A stretch of 61,992 bases of DNA, filler included, from Candidatus Desantisbacteria bacterium CG1_02_49_89 (GTDB lineage: Bacteria; Desantisbacteria; UBA1551): NCBI GenBank assembly GCA_001871075.1. It is 7 parts of 7 records of this genome, joined end to end, with 100 filler letters (N's around TTAATTAATTAA, not from the genome) between each part and the next. Parts side by side here need not be neighbours in the genome. Positions count along the whole stretch, not along the records: positions 32,986 to 39,310 come from MNUP01000057.1; positions 39,411 to 49,858 come from MNUP01000074.1; 5 more parts are not named here. One strand, written 5' to 3'. Numbering within the stretch: position 1 is the stretch's first letter; the number at the start of each line of letters is the position of its first letter. Below, in pieces: positions 37,638 to 47,875 of the stretch. Position numbers and translations under genes: made by a program. The notes under the pieces were generated by a model. That model worked only from the letters and a program-made list of their open reading frames with translations. It was not told the DNA's origin and did not search any database.

Positions 37638-39089
37638 ATGAAAGTTACTCATAAATTCGAAATTTACCTTTTAATCATATGCCTGCCAGCGTTATTGCTG
37701 GGTTCCTGCACGATGAAAGACGGAGAAGGGCCGCTGACAGGGCAGGATAAGATCGTGCCCCCGGCGCAGGTGCTTGACTTGCAGAATTCCTTTATCCGGG
37801 TTGCAGAAAGCGTAAAACCGTCAGTTGTGAACATTTCGGCCACAAGGGTTGAGAAGAGCAGTTTTTCCTTTAAATTCCGCAGCCCGTTCGGCGAGGACCC
37901 TTTCGAGGAATTCTTTAAGTACTTTTTTCCCCAGGAACCTGACGAAAGGAAACTGCGCAGCGTGGGTACCGGGGTCATAATAGACGCCGGCGGATACATA
38001 CTTACCAATTATCACGTTGTGGAGGGCGCCAAAGACATACAGGTAGCGATAAGCGACGGAAAGGACAGGAAGACTTTTGCGGGCAGGCTTGTCGGAAAGG
38101 ACGGCCAGATAGACCTTGCGGTGGTGAAGATCGACGGGAAACCGCTGAAGGGTTTCAGGTTCCCGGTCGCAAGGCTGGGTGACTCTGACAGGATACGGGT
38201 CGGCGAGTGGGCTGTTGCCATAGGCAGCCCTTTCGGGCTGGAGCATACCGTAACCGTCGGCGTGATCAGCGCCAAAAGACAGAATGTGTCCGTGGAGGGC
38301 AGGAATTACGCTGACCTGATCCAGACGGACGCTTCGATAAACCCGGGCAACAGCGGCGGGCCGCTCGTGAACGTATACGGTGAAGTGATAGGCATCAATG
38401 TCGCTATTTTTACCCCCAGCGGCGGATTTGTCGGTGTCGGGTTTGCCATACCGATAAACAAAGCGAAGGAAGTACTTGCGGACCTTATTACCCGGGGTGG
38501 CGTGGAAAGGGGATGGCTGGGCATAAAAATACAGGAATTAAACCCTGATCTTGCGAAGGCGTTCAAGCTCTCGAAACAGGATGGAGTTGTCGTCAGCGAG
38601 ATCCTCCAGGGTAGCCCGGCGCAGGAAGGCGGGATGAAGAACGGGGATGTTATAACCGGTTTCAACGGTTACGCAGTGAAAAACACAGGTGACCTGCACC
38701 AGATGGTTTCTAAGGCAAAGCCGGGTACCGTGGCCAATATCGATGTAATCAGGGAAGGAAAGAAACAAAATATTTCGGTGAAGATCGGCCGCGTGCCGCA
38801 GGAGGAACAGGACCTTGCTCCGGCCGGCAGTGAAGAAAAGATCAGCCTGAGAATTTTAGGGCTCACGCTCCAGAACCATTCTGAAGGAGTTCTGGTGGCA
38901 GGGGTTGAGTCCGGCAGCATTGCCGAAAACGCGGGTATACTGGAAGGCGATGTTATAAAAGAAATCAACAAGGCCCCGGTCAGGAACACGCAGGACCTGC
39001 AAAAAGCCTTAAAGAGCGCCGGAAAAAATATCCTCTTCCTGATAAAAAGAGGGGATGCGACCGTATACATCGCGATGAACGCAGAATGA
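37638..39089 (+). CDS. degP: DegP/HtrA serine protease with two PDZ domains
   Basis: TNYHVV, DLAVVK, INPGNSGGPL, two PDZ domains. Confidence 0.92.
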   Translation: MKVTHKFEIYLLIICLPALLLGSCTMKDGEGPLTGQDKIVPPAQVLDLQNSFIRVAESVKPSVVNISATRVEKSSFSFKFRSPFGEDPFEEFFKYFFPQEPDERKLRSVGTGVIIDAGGYILTNYHVVEGAKDIQVAISDGKDRKTFAGRLVGKDGQIDLAVVKIDGKPLKGFRFPVARLGDSDRIRVGEWAVAIGSPFGLEHTVTVGVISAKRQNVSVEGRNYADLIQTDASINPGNSGGPLVNVYGEVIGINVAIFTPSGGFVGVGFAIPINKAKEVLADLITRGGVERGWLGIKIQELNPDLAKAFKLSKQDGVVVSEILQGSPAQEGGMKNGDVITGFNGYAVKNTGDLHQMVSKAKPGTVANIDVIREGKKQNISVKIGRVPQEEQDLAPAGSEEKISLRILGLTLQNHSEGVLVAGVESGSIAENAGILEGDVIKEINKAPVRNTQDLQKALKSAGKNILFLIKRGDATVYIAMNAE

Positions 39090-39310
39090 AGAAACAGGAA
39101 ATAAGAAAAAAAATGCTTGGGATAAGGAGGCTTCAGCCCAAAGAAACCAGGAGGAAGCTGAGCCTCATGATCTGGAAGAGGTTAAAGAGCCTGGATGAGT
39201 TCTCGGGTGCGGAATCAGTTCTTTTTTACCTTTCGCTTCCGGATGAAGTTGATACGGAAAAAATGATCAAAGAATCGATCAGGATAGGAAAAAAAGTTTT
39301 AGTTCCCGTG
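39086..39310 (+). CDS. 5-formyltetrahydrofolate cyclo-ligase (3' truncated)
   Basis: KQEIRKKML...YLSLPDEVDT...GKKVLVP. Confidence 0.85.
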
Positions 39311-39410
39311 NNNNNNNNNNNNNNNNNNNNNNNNNNNNNNNNNNNNNNNNNNNNTTAATTAATTAANNNNNNNNNNNNNNNNNNNNNNNNNNNNNNNNNN
39401 NNNNNNNNNN

Positions 39411-39755
39411 CACGACTATCCTTCTTCTATATTCATTGTTCCTCGTATATCCGGTTGCATCAATAACCCTTCCTTCTATGCTGGTTGGCGGAGTGGTGAT
39501 ATTGACAACAAAGTGCCCGTCTCCGAGGGTTTCACTGAAAGTAACGGGTGAGAGCCCGCTGGTGCAGTTCAACCGCCAGATGCCGTAGTCCACTCCTGCC
39601 TCTGCAAGATTGGTCGCCACCTTGTCAAGCCTGCTCCTCTTGCCCAGCCTGTACTGGGTAGTCGTGGTGAGAATCAGAGCTGTGCTTATCATTGCGATCA
39701 GCACTATTATTATTAAACCTGTGATGAGGGCGACCCCTTTTTCGCCAAGTTTCAT
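39411..39755 (-). CDS. PilX-like minor pilin (3' truncated)
   Basis: EKG|VALI hydrophobic helix without E5; A.NLAEAGV motif. Confidence 0.8.
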
Positions 39756-39763
39756 ACAACCCC

Positions 39764-40363
39764 CTAATTGCGCTTGTTGCGCAGCCTGACTGACGTAGAT
39801 ATAATTCCTTTCTGGAATTTACCGAAGCTGGCATGCCTGCGTATCCTGAGCGTTACCGTGCATTCCGTAATAAGAGATGTTGTTTCGCTGTTATAGGAAA
39901 ATATCGGCCTGGGATCCTCTGAACTGTGGTTATCTATGTAGGTACAAAGGGTCCAAAGAGAATTGGTGTCATTACCGCTCACCTTATCGCCCCAGCCGCG
40001 CCTCCTGCTTCCAGTTCCTTTTACCAGCCTCATTTTCAACTTCGCGGGATTTACTCCTGTATCCACAAAATACGTTATCGTATCACACCAGTAAATGGGA
40101 ATGCTGCCGTAGGTGTCCATATTGGGCAGAGACATCACCAGGGTATTCGGCGATGCGTATAACACGGCCTTTGCTTCTTTTATGTCTATGGTCATTTCCT
40201 GAATGACCGCCCTTAGATCCTGGTTTACCTTGGACTGCGTGTCTATCCATGAATATTGCCGATAGCTGAAGTTTATAAAAGTATACGCTCCCACAAGGAT
40301 TATGGAAAGGACCGCGAAAACTATCATCATTTCAAGTAAACTCATGCCTTTTTGGTCTGACAT
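39764..40363 (-). CDS. PilW/PulJ-like prepilin
   Basis: QKG|MSLLEMMIVFAV prepilin cleavage motif. Confidence 0.82.
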   Translation of the reverse strand: MSDQKGMSLLEMMIVFAVLSIILVGAYTFINFSYRQYSWIDTQSKVNQDLRAVIQEMTIDIKEAKAVLYASPNTLVMSLPNMDTYGSIPIYWCDTITYFVDTGVNPAKLKMRLVKGTGSRRRGWGDKVSGNDTNSLWTLCTYIDNHSSEDPRPIFSYNSETTSLITECTVTLRIRRHASFGKFQKGIISTSVRLRNKRN

Positions 40364-40377
40364 AGCTGCTTTCCTTG

Positions 40378-40773
40378 TCAGGGATTTATCCCCTGCCGTG
40401 TAATATATGTGACTATCGTATCGTGCATTATTATGTCGCTGGACCACTTTTTCCAGGACATATTTATAACAACCAGCTTCAGCCATCCCGAATCGGGGTC
40501 GACTTCAGTAATGGTCACAGTCCCTGCCGCATCCCGCAACTCCGGTTCGTTGGCCGTGAAAGTTTCGTTTGTTATAAGATAAAAACTCTCATCCCGTATG
40601 CTTTCCATTTTTTTATGCATTATCTCCGTTGCTATATCGTTCTCTTTCCCTCTCTGCCCGACAATGCCGCTCTGTTTCATCAGCTCCCCCACGCTCCAGA
40701 GCGCTATTGTAACAATAAGTATAGTCATCATAAGTTCTACCAAAGACATACCGCTTGAACTGTTTTTTTGCAT
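40378..40773 (-). CDS. PilV/PulI-like prepilin
   Basis: SG|MSLVELMMTILIV; SD GAGGAG. Confidence 0.82.
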   Translation of the reverse strand: MQKNSSSGMSLVELMMTILIVTIALWSVGELMKQSGIVGQRGKENDIATEIMHKKMESIRDESFYLITNETFTANEPELRDAAGTVTITEVDPDSGWLKLVVINMSWKKWSSDIIMHDTIVTYITRQGINP

Positions 40774-40857
40774 TTTCTCCTCAATAAAAAAGCCCATCTA
40801 CCGCGAATGGCGAGTTGCCAGCAGCAAATGGGCGAATATTCACATTTTCTATATGCG

Positions 40858-40972
40858 CTTTAGGCGGCCTGGCAACCCACCCCCTGTCTGTTCCGATCTT
40901 ATATCGTAGCAAGGGGGATTGGATCCATAACTTTGCGAGCCTCGGTTTCCCGGGGTTTGCTCTTTTCTAAAC
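40858..40972 (-). ncRNA. GEMM-I cyclic dinucleotide riboswitch (A20 variant)
   Basis: TTTAG-AAAAG-AGCAAACC-CCGG-GAAA-CCGA-GG-CTC-GCAAAG...GGATCCAA...GGTTGCCAGGCCGC-CTAAA; lies in the 5' UTR of the pilin genes. Confidence 0.75.
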
Positions 40973-40998
40973 AGGTTTCTTTTACCTTTTCACATACT

Positions 40999-41027
40999 AT
41001 TATAGCACAAATCCGCTTAAAAGTCAA
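40999..41027 (-). promoter_or_regulatory. Sigma70 promoter for the riboswitch-pilin transcript
   Basis: TTGACT-17 bp-TATAAT with extended TG. Confidence 0.75.
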
Positions 41028-41149
41028 GTGAAAAGTGAATGCTGGCATGCCCAGAACTGATTTCTACGAATTGAAAGAACGGATTCCTGCGGATCAAGAG
41101 ATCGAATTTAGACAGATAAGCAGTCTGTAACTCAGGCCTTTAGGCCTGA

Positions 41150-41632
41150 CTACAGCTCTTCTATCCGATACATCATGGAACCGGAAAATGAATACTCCTT
41201 GAAAGTATTAACCAATCTTTTTCTGACAGGATTATTAAATATGTATTTCGCGGTCTCAAGCAGCTCTTCTTCTTTTCTGAGGATATGGTCATAGTAACTT
41301 AAATGCCATAACTTTTTCTTAAATTGCCTGATAAACATAAAACCGCTTTTTTGCTTAAAATCCTTTATAACCCTTTTAAGATCTGATTTTGGGGATTTGC
41401 TTAAAAGCAACAAATGGAGATGGTCCGGCATAAAACAATAAGCAGCAATATTGAAATCGGGCAGAATGGTTTCTCCTAAAATTGATAAAACTTTATTCAC
41501 CGCCTCAAAAGAAGTAAAAACTTCTTGTCTTTTGCAGGTCAAAATAGTAATAAAATAAGCATGGGTTCCTTTATAATCAAATCCTTTGAGCCGGGGACGT
41601 TTTGGAAAAGGTTCAACGTGTTTTAGAGGCAT
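41150..41632 (-). CDS. REP-associated tyrosine transposase (RAYT, Y1 HUH), copy 1
   Basis: RLKGFDY..YFITILT, YCFMPDHLHLL (HUH), LW..SYYDHILR, YIFNNPVRK; flanked by REPs. Confidence 0.92.
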   Translation of the reverse strand: MPLKHVEPFPKRPRLKGFDYKGTHAYFITILTCKRQEVFTSFEAVNKVLSILGETILPDFNIAAYCFMPDHLHLLLLSKSPKSDLKRVIKDFKQKSGFMFIRQFKKKLWHLSYYDHILRKEEELLETAKYIFNNPVRKRLVNTFKEYSFSGSMMYRIEEL

Positions 41633-41641
41633 AGTATTTAA

Positions 41642-41814
41642 TCAGACCTGAAGGTCTGAGTTACGGTCAAACCTAAAGGTTTGAGTTACGATCAGACCTG
41701 AAGGTCTGAGTTACGGTCAAACCTAAAGGTTTGAGTTACGATCAGACCTGAAGGTCTGAGTTACGGTCAAACCTAAAGGTTTGAGTTACGGTCAAACCTG
41801 AAGGTCTGAGTTAC
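41642..41814 (-). repeat. Seven tandem REPs at 25-bp period, two alternating variants
   Basis: TCAGACCTGAAGGTCTGAGTTAC alternates with TCAAACCTAAAGGTTTGAGTTAC; the last unit is a hybrid. Confidence 0.93.
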
Positions 41815-41835
41815 GCACGACGCACGACTAATGAA

Positions 41836-42993
41836 TCAGCGCTTGCGTACGCGCCGCACGGCGGAAGCCACCGCGGGAACAACTCTTCTGTCCAGCGGAT
41901 TAGGAATTATATAATCGGGACGCAAATCCCTTTTGGATATCAGGCCGGCTATCGCGCGGCTTGCCGCCATCTTCATTTCCTCGGTTATCGCTTTTGCCCT
42001 TGAGTCAAGCGCGCCGCGGAAGATGCCCGGGAAACCAAGCGCGTTGTTTATCTGGTTAGGGAGGTTTGACCTGCCTGTTGCAACAACCCTTGCGCCTGCC
42101 TTTTTTGCTTCATCAGGCATTATCTCGGGAACCGGGTTTGCCAGCGCGAACACTATAGGCCCGGGCGCCATCGACCTGACCATTTCCCAGCTGACAAGCC
42201 CTGCCGCCGAAAGCCCTATAAAAATATCTTTGCCCCTGATCACCCTGCCAAGAGCGCCCTTCTCAAGGCGCAGGTTTGAGATCTCGGCGATCTCCTGTTT
42301 CGCGAAATTCATATGCTCGAACCTGCCCCTGTAAACAGCGCCCGCGCGGTCGCACAGCACTATGTTCTTAACGCCCGCGCTTATCAGGAACCGCGAAACC
42401 GCAATGGCGCCCGCTCCCGCGCCGTTGACCGCTATGCTGACCTCGGATATCTTCCTTCCCGTGATCTTCAGGGCATTCAGCAGGCCCGCAAGCACCACCA
42501 CGGCGGTGCCGTGCTGGTCATCGTGGAAAACAGGGATATCAAGCTGTTCTTTCAGTTTCCTTTCTATCTCAAAGCACCTGGGTCCAGAAATATCCTCCAG
42601 GTTTATTCCGCCGAACCCCGGCGAGATCATTTTTACGGTCTCGACTATTTTTTCAATATCGGTTGTCGCAAGACAGAGAGGATAAGCATCCACTCCGGCA
42701 AGGACCTTGAAAAGCACCGCCTTCCCTTCCATTACAGGCAGAGCTGCTTCAGCGCCTATATCTCCAAGCCCTAATACCGCTGTGCCGTCCGTAACGATCG
42801 CGACTGAGTTCCATTTATTGGTGTATTTATAGACATTGCCGCGGTCCTTATGGATCTCCTCGCAGGGAAACGCGACGCCCGGCGTGTACGCAAGCGCGAG
42901 GTCATGGCCGGTCTTCATCCTGACACGGCTCCTGATCTCTATGACACCGCGGTATTTTTTCCGATAAGCTAAGGATTCTTGTTTTAATGACAT
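41836..42993 (-). CDS. NAD(P)-dependent malic enzyme
   Basis: LAYTPGVA, DGTAVLGLGDIG, PVMEGKA, NLEDI, FHDDQHGTA, ALANPVPEI. Start set at MSLKQ because upstream sequence is REP DNA. Confidence 0.93.
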   Translation of the reverse strand: MSLKQESLAYRKKYRGVIEIRSRVRMKTGHDLALAYTPGVAFPCEEIHKDRGNVYKYTNKWNSVAIVTDGTAVLGLGDIGAEAALPVMEGKAVLFKVLAGVDAYPLCLATTDIEKIVETVKMISPGFGGINLEDISGPRCFEIERKLKEQLDIPVFHDDQHGTAVVVLAGLLNALKITGRKISEVSIAVNGAGAGAIAVSRFLISAGVKNIVLCDRAGAVYRGRFEHMNFAKQEIAEISNLRLEKGALGRVIRGKDIFIGLSAAGLVSWEMVRSMAPGPIVFALANPVPEIMPDEAKKAGARVVATGRSNLPNQINNALGFPGIFRGALDSRAKAITEEMKMAASRAIAGLISKRDLRPDYIIPNPLDRRVVPAVASAVRRVRKR

Positions 42994-42997
42994 ATAC

Positions 42998-43179
42998 TCA
43001 AACCTGAAGGTTTGAGTTACGTAACTCAGGGCTTTAGCCCTGATATTTCTCAAACCTTCCTCCTTTAAGATTGGCGGATCTTCGAAAAGGTTTGAGTTAC
43101 GTAACTCAGGGCTTTAGCCCTGATGGTTTCAGGCCTCCCTCCTTAAAGATTGGCGGATCTTCGAGAAGACCTGAGTTAC
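42998..43179. repeat. BIME-like cluster of inverted GTAA-REPs, two carrying loop insertions
   Basis: TCAAACC..GGTTTGAGTTAC / GTAACTCAGGGCTTTAGCCCTGA pairs. Confidence 0.88.
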
Positions 43180-43658
43180 AGCTTGTCTATTTGAAACATC
43201 ATGGAACCGGAAAATGGATATTCTTTAAATGAATTAACTAATCCTTTTCTGACAGGATTATTAAATATGTATTTCGCGGTCTCAAGCAGCTCTTCTTCTT
43301 TTCTGAGGATATGGTCATAATAACTTATATGCCATAACTTTTTCTTAAATTGCCTGATAAACATAAAACCGCTTTTTTGATTAAAATCCTTTATAACCCT
43401 TTTAAGATCTGATTTTGGGGATTTGCTTAAAAGCAACAAATGGAGATGGTCCGGCATAAAACAATAAGCAGCAATATTAAAATCCTGAAGGATAGTTTCT
43501 TTCAGAATAGATAAGACATTATTTACTGTTTCGGGTGAGATAAAAATTTCTTTTCTTTCATGTGTTAAAATAGTAATAAAATAAGCATGGGTTCCCGTAT
43601 AATCAAATCCTTTAAGACGCGGACGTTTAGGAAAAGGTTTATCGTGTTTTAGAGGCAT
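43176..43658 (-). CDS. REP-associated tyrosine transposase (RAYT), copy 2
   Basis: Paralog of 41150-41632 with the same motifs. Confidence 0.92.
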   Translation of the reverse strand: MPLKHDKPFPKRPRLKGFDYTGTHAYFITILTHERKEIFISPETVNNVLSILKETILQDFNIAAYCFMPDHLHLLLLSKSPKSDLKRVIKDFNQKSGFMFIRQFKKKLWHISYYDHILRKEEELLETAKYIFNNPVRKGLVNSFKEYPFSGSMMFQIDKL

Positions 43659-43667
43659 ATTATTTAG

Positions 43668-43924
43668 TCAAACCTGAAGGTTTGAGTTACGGAGACTGCG
43701 TAACTCAGGGCTAAAGCCCTGAAGTTTTCAAACCTGAAGGTTTGAGTTACGGAGACTGCGTAACTCAGGGCTAAAGCCCTGAAGTTTTCAAACCTGAAGG
43801 TTTGAGTTACGTATACTGCGTAACTCAGGGCTAAAGCCCTGAAGTTTTCAAACCTGAAGGTTTGAGTTACGTATCAGGGCTCCCTCCATAATGACTGGCG
43901 GGTCTTCGAAAAGCCCTGAGTTAC
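43668..43924. repeat. BIME-like array with 60-bp period (3 full units plus partial)
   Basis: TCAAACCTGAAGGTTTGAGTTAC-N9-GTAACTCAGGGCTAAAGCCCTGA-AGTTT repeated. Confidence 0.93.
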
Positions 43925-44985
43925 ATAATTTTGCTTATGATCGCGTCACCCATTTCCTTTGTGCCGACCGCGGAGGGGTCGTCGGGATCAGGCTTGAAAT
44001 CGTAGGTGAGATATTTTCCCTCCTCGATCACCCCGGCGACCGCGGTTTCAAGCTTACTTGCCGCTTCCTTCTCGCCCAGGTACTCAAGCATCATTGCCCC
44101 TGACAGGACAAGCGCCGCGGGGTCAACTTTATTCATGCCTTTGTATTTAGGGGCGCTGCCGTGTATTGCCTCGAAAATAGCCCCGTTCTCGCCGAAGTTC
44201 GCGCCTGGCGCGACTCCCAGCCCTCCCACAAGGCCCGCGCACAGATCGGAAATTATATCACCGTAAAGATTGGGCAGGAGAAGCACGTCGTACTGGACCG
44301 GCTTCTGCACTAATTGCATGCACATATTATCCACGAGGCGCTCTTCAAACAGGATACCGGGATATTTCTTCGCGACTTCCCTTGATACTTCAAGAAAGAG
44401 CCCGTCGGTGAATTTCATTATGTTCGCCTTCGTGACAGCGGTAACTTTTTTACGCCCGTTTTTGCGCGCGTATTCAAACGCAAATCTTGCGATGCGCTCC
44501 GTCCCTGTGCGGGATATCGGTTTTACAGAAATATTGGCGTCAGGGAATATTTTACCTTCAGCCCACTGGATGATCTCCTTCGCCTCTTTTGAGCCGGCGG
44601 CGAATTCAACGCCCGCGTACAGGTCTTCCGTGTTCTCCCTGATCACAACAAGGTCTATGTCCCTGAACAGCGACTTTACTCCCTTGTATGTCCTGCAGGG
44701 ACGCACGCAGGCGTAAAGGTTGAACAGCTTGCGCAGTTCAACGTTAACGCTCCTGAAACCTTTTCCTACGGGAGTGGTTATAGGTCCCTTAAGCGCCACT
44801 TTATTCTTTGTTATGGATTGCAGCAGGGTTTCCGGCAGGAGCGTGCCGTACTTTTTAAGGGCTTCCTCACCGGCCTGGTGAACATCCCAGTTGATCTGCA
44901 CCCCGGTGGCTTCTATGCACTTCCTTGCTACGTCGGTGACTTCCGGCCCGACCCCGTCCCCCGGGATCAATGTGATATTATACAT
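43921..44985 (-). CDS. Isocitrate/isopropylmalate dehydrogenase family (IDH-like)
   Basis: [59 protein letters not shown]. Confidence 0.9.
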   Translation of the reverse strand: MYNITLIPGDGVGPEVTDVARKCIEATGVQINWDVHQAGEEALKKYGTLLPETLLQSITKNKVALKGPITTPVGKGFRSVNVELRKLFNLYACVRPCRTYKGVKSLFRDIDLVVIRENTEDLYAGVEFAAGSKEAKEIIQWAEGKIFPDANISVKPISRTGTERIARFAFEYARKNGRKKVTAVTKANIMKFTDGLFLEVSREVAKKYPGILFEERLVDNMCMQLVQKPVQYDVLLLPNLYGDIISDLCAGLVGGLGVAPGANFGENGAIFEAIHGSAPKYKGMNKVDPAALVLSGAMMLEYLGEKEAASKLETAVAGVIEEGKYLTYDFKPDPDDPSAVGTKEMGDAIISKIM

Positions 44986-45080
44986 TACAACTCCTTATTA
45001 AAGTATCAAAGTAAAAAGGTTTACAAGTTTACAGAGTTTAAAATTCGTGGAAATCCGTGTAAATTCGTGGTTAAATGTTT

Positions 45081-45572
45081 TTAAAAACTTCCGTGTTTTC
45101 GCAGATAGTTCGCAAGGCCGCCGGCGTTGAATATCCTGAGCATTATTTCTGGCAGCGGGTGCGCCCGCAGAATAACATTCCTCGTTTTATCAAAGATGAT
45201 CCCTTTTTTCAGGTCTATCTCAAGCGCGTCGCCCTGTTTTATTTTATCCGTTTCGCACTCAAGCAGCGGAAGGCCGATATTGACGGCGTTCCGAAAAAAA
45301 ATGCGCGCGAAGGATTTCGCGAGCACCGCTCCCACCCCCGCGTGTTTTACCGCGAGCGGGGCCTGTTCCCTCGAGGAACCGCACCCGAAATTGGAACCGG
45401 CGACCATAAAATCTCCCGGTTTCAGGTTTTTATAGAAATCCGGGCAAATGTCCTCCATTATGTGCTTTGCGAGCTCCTTCAGATCCAGGGTCTTGAACTT
45501 GTATTTCCCCGATATGATGTAATCCGTGTTTATGTCGTCCCCGAACTTGTGCGCTCGCCCTTTCAACAACAT
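45081..45572 (-). CDS. LeuD/HacB-type dehydratase small subunit
   Basis: GDDINTDYII, NFGCGSSREQA, SFARIFFRNAVNIG. Confidence 0.92.
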   Translation of the reverse strand: MLLKGRAHKFGDDINTDYIISGKYKFKTLDLKELAKHIMEDICPDFYKNLKPGDFMVAGSNFGCGSSREQAPLAVKHAGVGAVLAKSFARIFFRNAVNIGLPLLECETDKIKQGDALEIDLKKGIIFDKTRNVILRAHPLPEIMLRIFNAGGLANYLRKHGSF

Positions 45573-45865
45573 TACAGCTCCTTGTGCAGATGCAAACGGA
45601 TTAGAAGATCAGATTCATACAGATAAATCAGACCTGAAGGTCTGAGTTACAAATAGGACTTAATAAATCTCGCCCTTACTCCTAAAACACGCAAACCTTC
45701 CTCCACCAAGATTGGCGGATCTACGAAAAGGTTTGCCCTATCCGCCCCGACGTCCATCGGGGCGAAACCTCGCCCCAAAGGGGCGGGCGATAAAATTCCT
45801 TGCTGTTGCGTTGACACGTTGATACGCTGATACGCTGACACGTTTTTGAACTGGCTGCGCATCCA

Positions 45866-47470
45866 TCATTTCTGGATCGTGATCTCGACGCGGCGGTTCT
45901 TCGCCCTGCCTTCCTCTGTCGTGTTGGGTGCCGCGGGATTCTTGTCTCCGTAGCCTTTCCTGACAAGCCTTTCGCCGGGTATGCCCAGTTTGACAAAATA
46001 TTCCGCGACGCTCTCAGCCCTTGCCTGTGAAAGCTCCAGGTTGTTCTTATATTTTGATTTAAGCCTGCTGCTTATCGGCACGTTGTCAGTGTGCCCGTCG
46101 ATCCTGACAACGGTATTGGGATAAACGCCAAGGGCTTTTGCTATCTGTTCAAGAGTGCCGTAGCTTTCCTTTACTATTTCCGGGCTTCCGGAAGCGAACT
46201 GTATGGCGGTTTCCGTCGCAACGATTATGATCTTCTCCCTGTCTTCCTTTAAGGTTATCCCGCGCAGTTTCTTTAATTCATCCATGGCGTTGCGCTGCGC
46301 TTCCTCAAGCCTGCGCTTTTCTTCCTCAAGCCGCCTTTTTTCGTCTTCAAGCCTCTGCCTGTCCTCTTCCCACTTTTTCTTCTCGCTTTCAAACTTGCCC
46401 TTCTCGGCAAGCAGCCTTTCCATCTCGTCCTTTATGCGCCTTTCCTCCTCAAACCTTGTGCGCTCCTGTTTTTCCCACTTATACGCGTCCCCGAACAGGA
46501 AAGAAAGCGAAACCCACAGCCCGCCGCTCAGGTACTTGCTGGAAGTATGATATGGGATCACGACCGCGCAGTCGAGCTTCCAGTCTGTTTTTTCAACGCG
46601 GTTTGACTTTATGCCGCCGCCGAACGCGAACGTGAAATCGCCGTTGTCGCCGAACTTCATGCCGGCCCTCACGCCGACCAGGTTATCCTTCATCGCCTTT
46701 TTAAGCTCTTCGGTCTGTTTCAGCCAGGCTTCTCCCCCGAGGCTGAACTTGAACCCGTCTGACCTGGCTATGAAATCCGCGGAACCCGTTATGTCGTTGA
46801 ATATATTGAACTCATTTATCCTGTAGGTCAGGCCGCCCCTGAATCCCATTGCTCCCGCTCCTATGTCAATGAACGCGAGGGCAAAGCTCAGCCTTTCCAT
46901 TTTCGGTATATTGTCAAAATATATGGCTATGTCCGCGTTTATTCCCTGCGGGAACCTGTCGGTGAAAAACCTGCTGTCGCAGGCATTCGAGATCGTAGCC
47001 GTGTTGTCCGGATACTCCTTTGAACACATCTTGACCGTTAAACCGATAGAGGAATAAAAGTTCAGGAGCCTGCTGTAAGAAACACCCAGGGTATTTTCCC
47101 TGTACCTGCTGGAAATATCTACGCCCCTGCCCATGTATCCGATGCCAAGGTGCCCGAGGTTCTGTATGGGATGGACGTAACTGAAAAAGCCGTAAAGGCT
47201 TTCTCCGGATTCGACGGGATTATCCGAATTATGTGAAAACGAGGCGCCGGTGATCATGATCTCCGGCCTTTTGAGTTTTACAAGGCCCGCGGAGTTGAAA
47301 AAAATCGCGCTTGCGTCGTCTGACACGCCCATAAAAGCGCCGCCCATGCCCATAGCGCGCGCGCCGAAGCTGAAATCTTCGAAAGACGCGTAACAAACGT
47401 GTAACGTGTCACGTGTAACGTGTAAGGCAAGCAGTAATAAAAGAATTGATAAGATTTTTTTATATTTCAT
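45866..47470 (-). CDS. Outer-membrane barrel (PorV/FadL-like N-terminus) + coiled coil + OmpA C-terminal domain
   Basis: GARAMGMGGAF..DDASAIFFN; IDGHTDN, LSQARAESV, GRAKNRRVEI. Confidence 0.85.
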   Translation of the reverse strand: MKYKKILSILLLLLALHVTRDTLHVCYASFEDFSFGARAMGMGGAFMGVSDDASAIFFNSAGLVKLKRPEIMITGASFSHNSDNPVESGESLYGFFSYVHPIQNLGHLGIGYMGRGVDISSRYRENTLGVSYSRLLNFYSSIGLTVKMCSKEYPDNTATISNACDSRFFTDRFPQGINADIAIYFDNIPKMERLSFALAFIDIGAGAMGFRGGLTYRINEFNIFNDITGSADFIARSDGFKFSLGGEAWLKQTEELKKAMKDNLVGVRAGMKFGDNGDFTFAFGGGIKSNRVEKTDWKLDCAVVIPYHTSSKYLSGGLWVSLSFLFGDAYKWEKQERTRFEEERRIKDEMERLLAEKGKFESEKKKWEEDRQRLEDEKRRLEEEKRRLEEAQRNAMDELKKLRGITLKEDREKIIIVATETAIQFASGSPEIVKESYGTLEQIAKALGVYPNTVVRIDGHTDNVPISSRLKSKYKNNLELSQARAESVAEYFVKLGIPGERLVRKGYGDKNPAAPNTTEEGRAKNRRVEITIQK

Positions 47471-47837
47471 TGTTCCTCCCTCTGAAAACACTTATCAATT
47501 TACCAAGCATACTGCATATCCTGACACATTTTTCCCTTAATGAATCATGTTTTTCAACATCTATCTCATGCTGTTTAAGACATAAAGTAAGCATCGGGAT
47601 GCATTCTCTTGCCGAGTTAATAGCAAAGCCGTAAAATTGTATTTTTTCCTTGGGGGTTGCTTTACCGCTTCCTTCGGCAATATTGTTGGTTATCGACAGC
47701 GATGCTCTTCTCAGCTGGTCGCTAACTGAAAACTGGATATCGCGGGATGCCTTCTTCAGGATGGTAAAAATCTCATCTACAAATTCAAGCGCCAGTTGAT
47801 ATACCTCAAGTCTTTCAAAATCAAATTCGTATTTCAT
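47460..47837 (-). CDS. Four-helix-bundle protein (23S rRNA-IVP / Avd-like family)
   Basis: FERLEVYQLA, DQLRRASLSITNNIAEG, AINSAREC. Confidence 0.92.
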   Translation of the reverse strand: MKYEFDFERLEVYQLALEFVDEIFTILKKASRDIQFSVSDQLRRASLSITNNIAEGSGKATPKEKIQFYGFAINSARECIPMLTLCLKQHEIDVEKHDSLREKCVRICSMLGKLISVFRGRNNEI

Positions 47838-47875
47838 AGGTTTTCGAATTCCGCATTTCCTATTTTCTTCTTTTC

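Noticed and set aside
33170-40773. PilS/PilR-like genes clustered with the pilin genes
   Set aside because: They are on different contigs separated by an artificial linker; linkage is unsupported.
41642-43924. CRISPR arrays
   Set aside because: No unique spacers (2-9-bp, largely repeated linkers) and no cas genes; the units are REPs beside RAYT genes.
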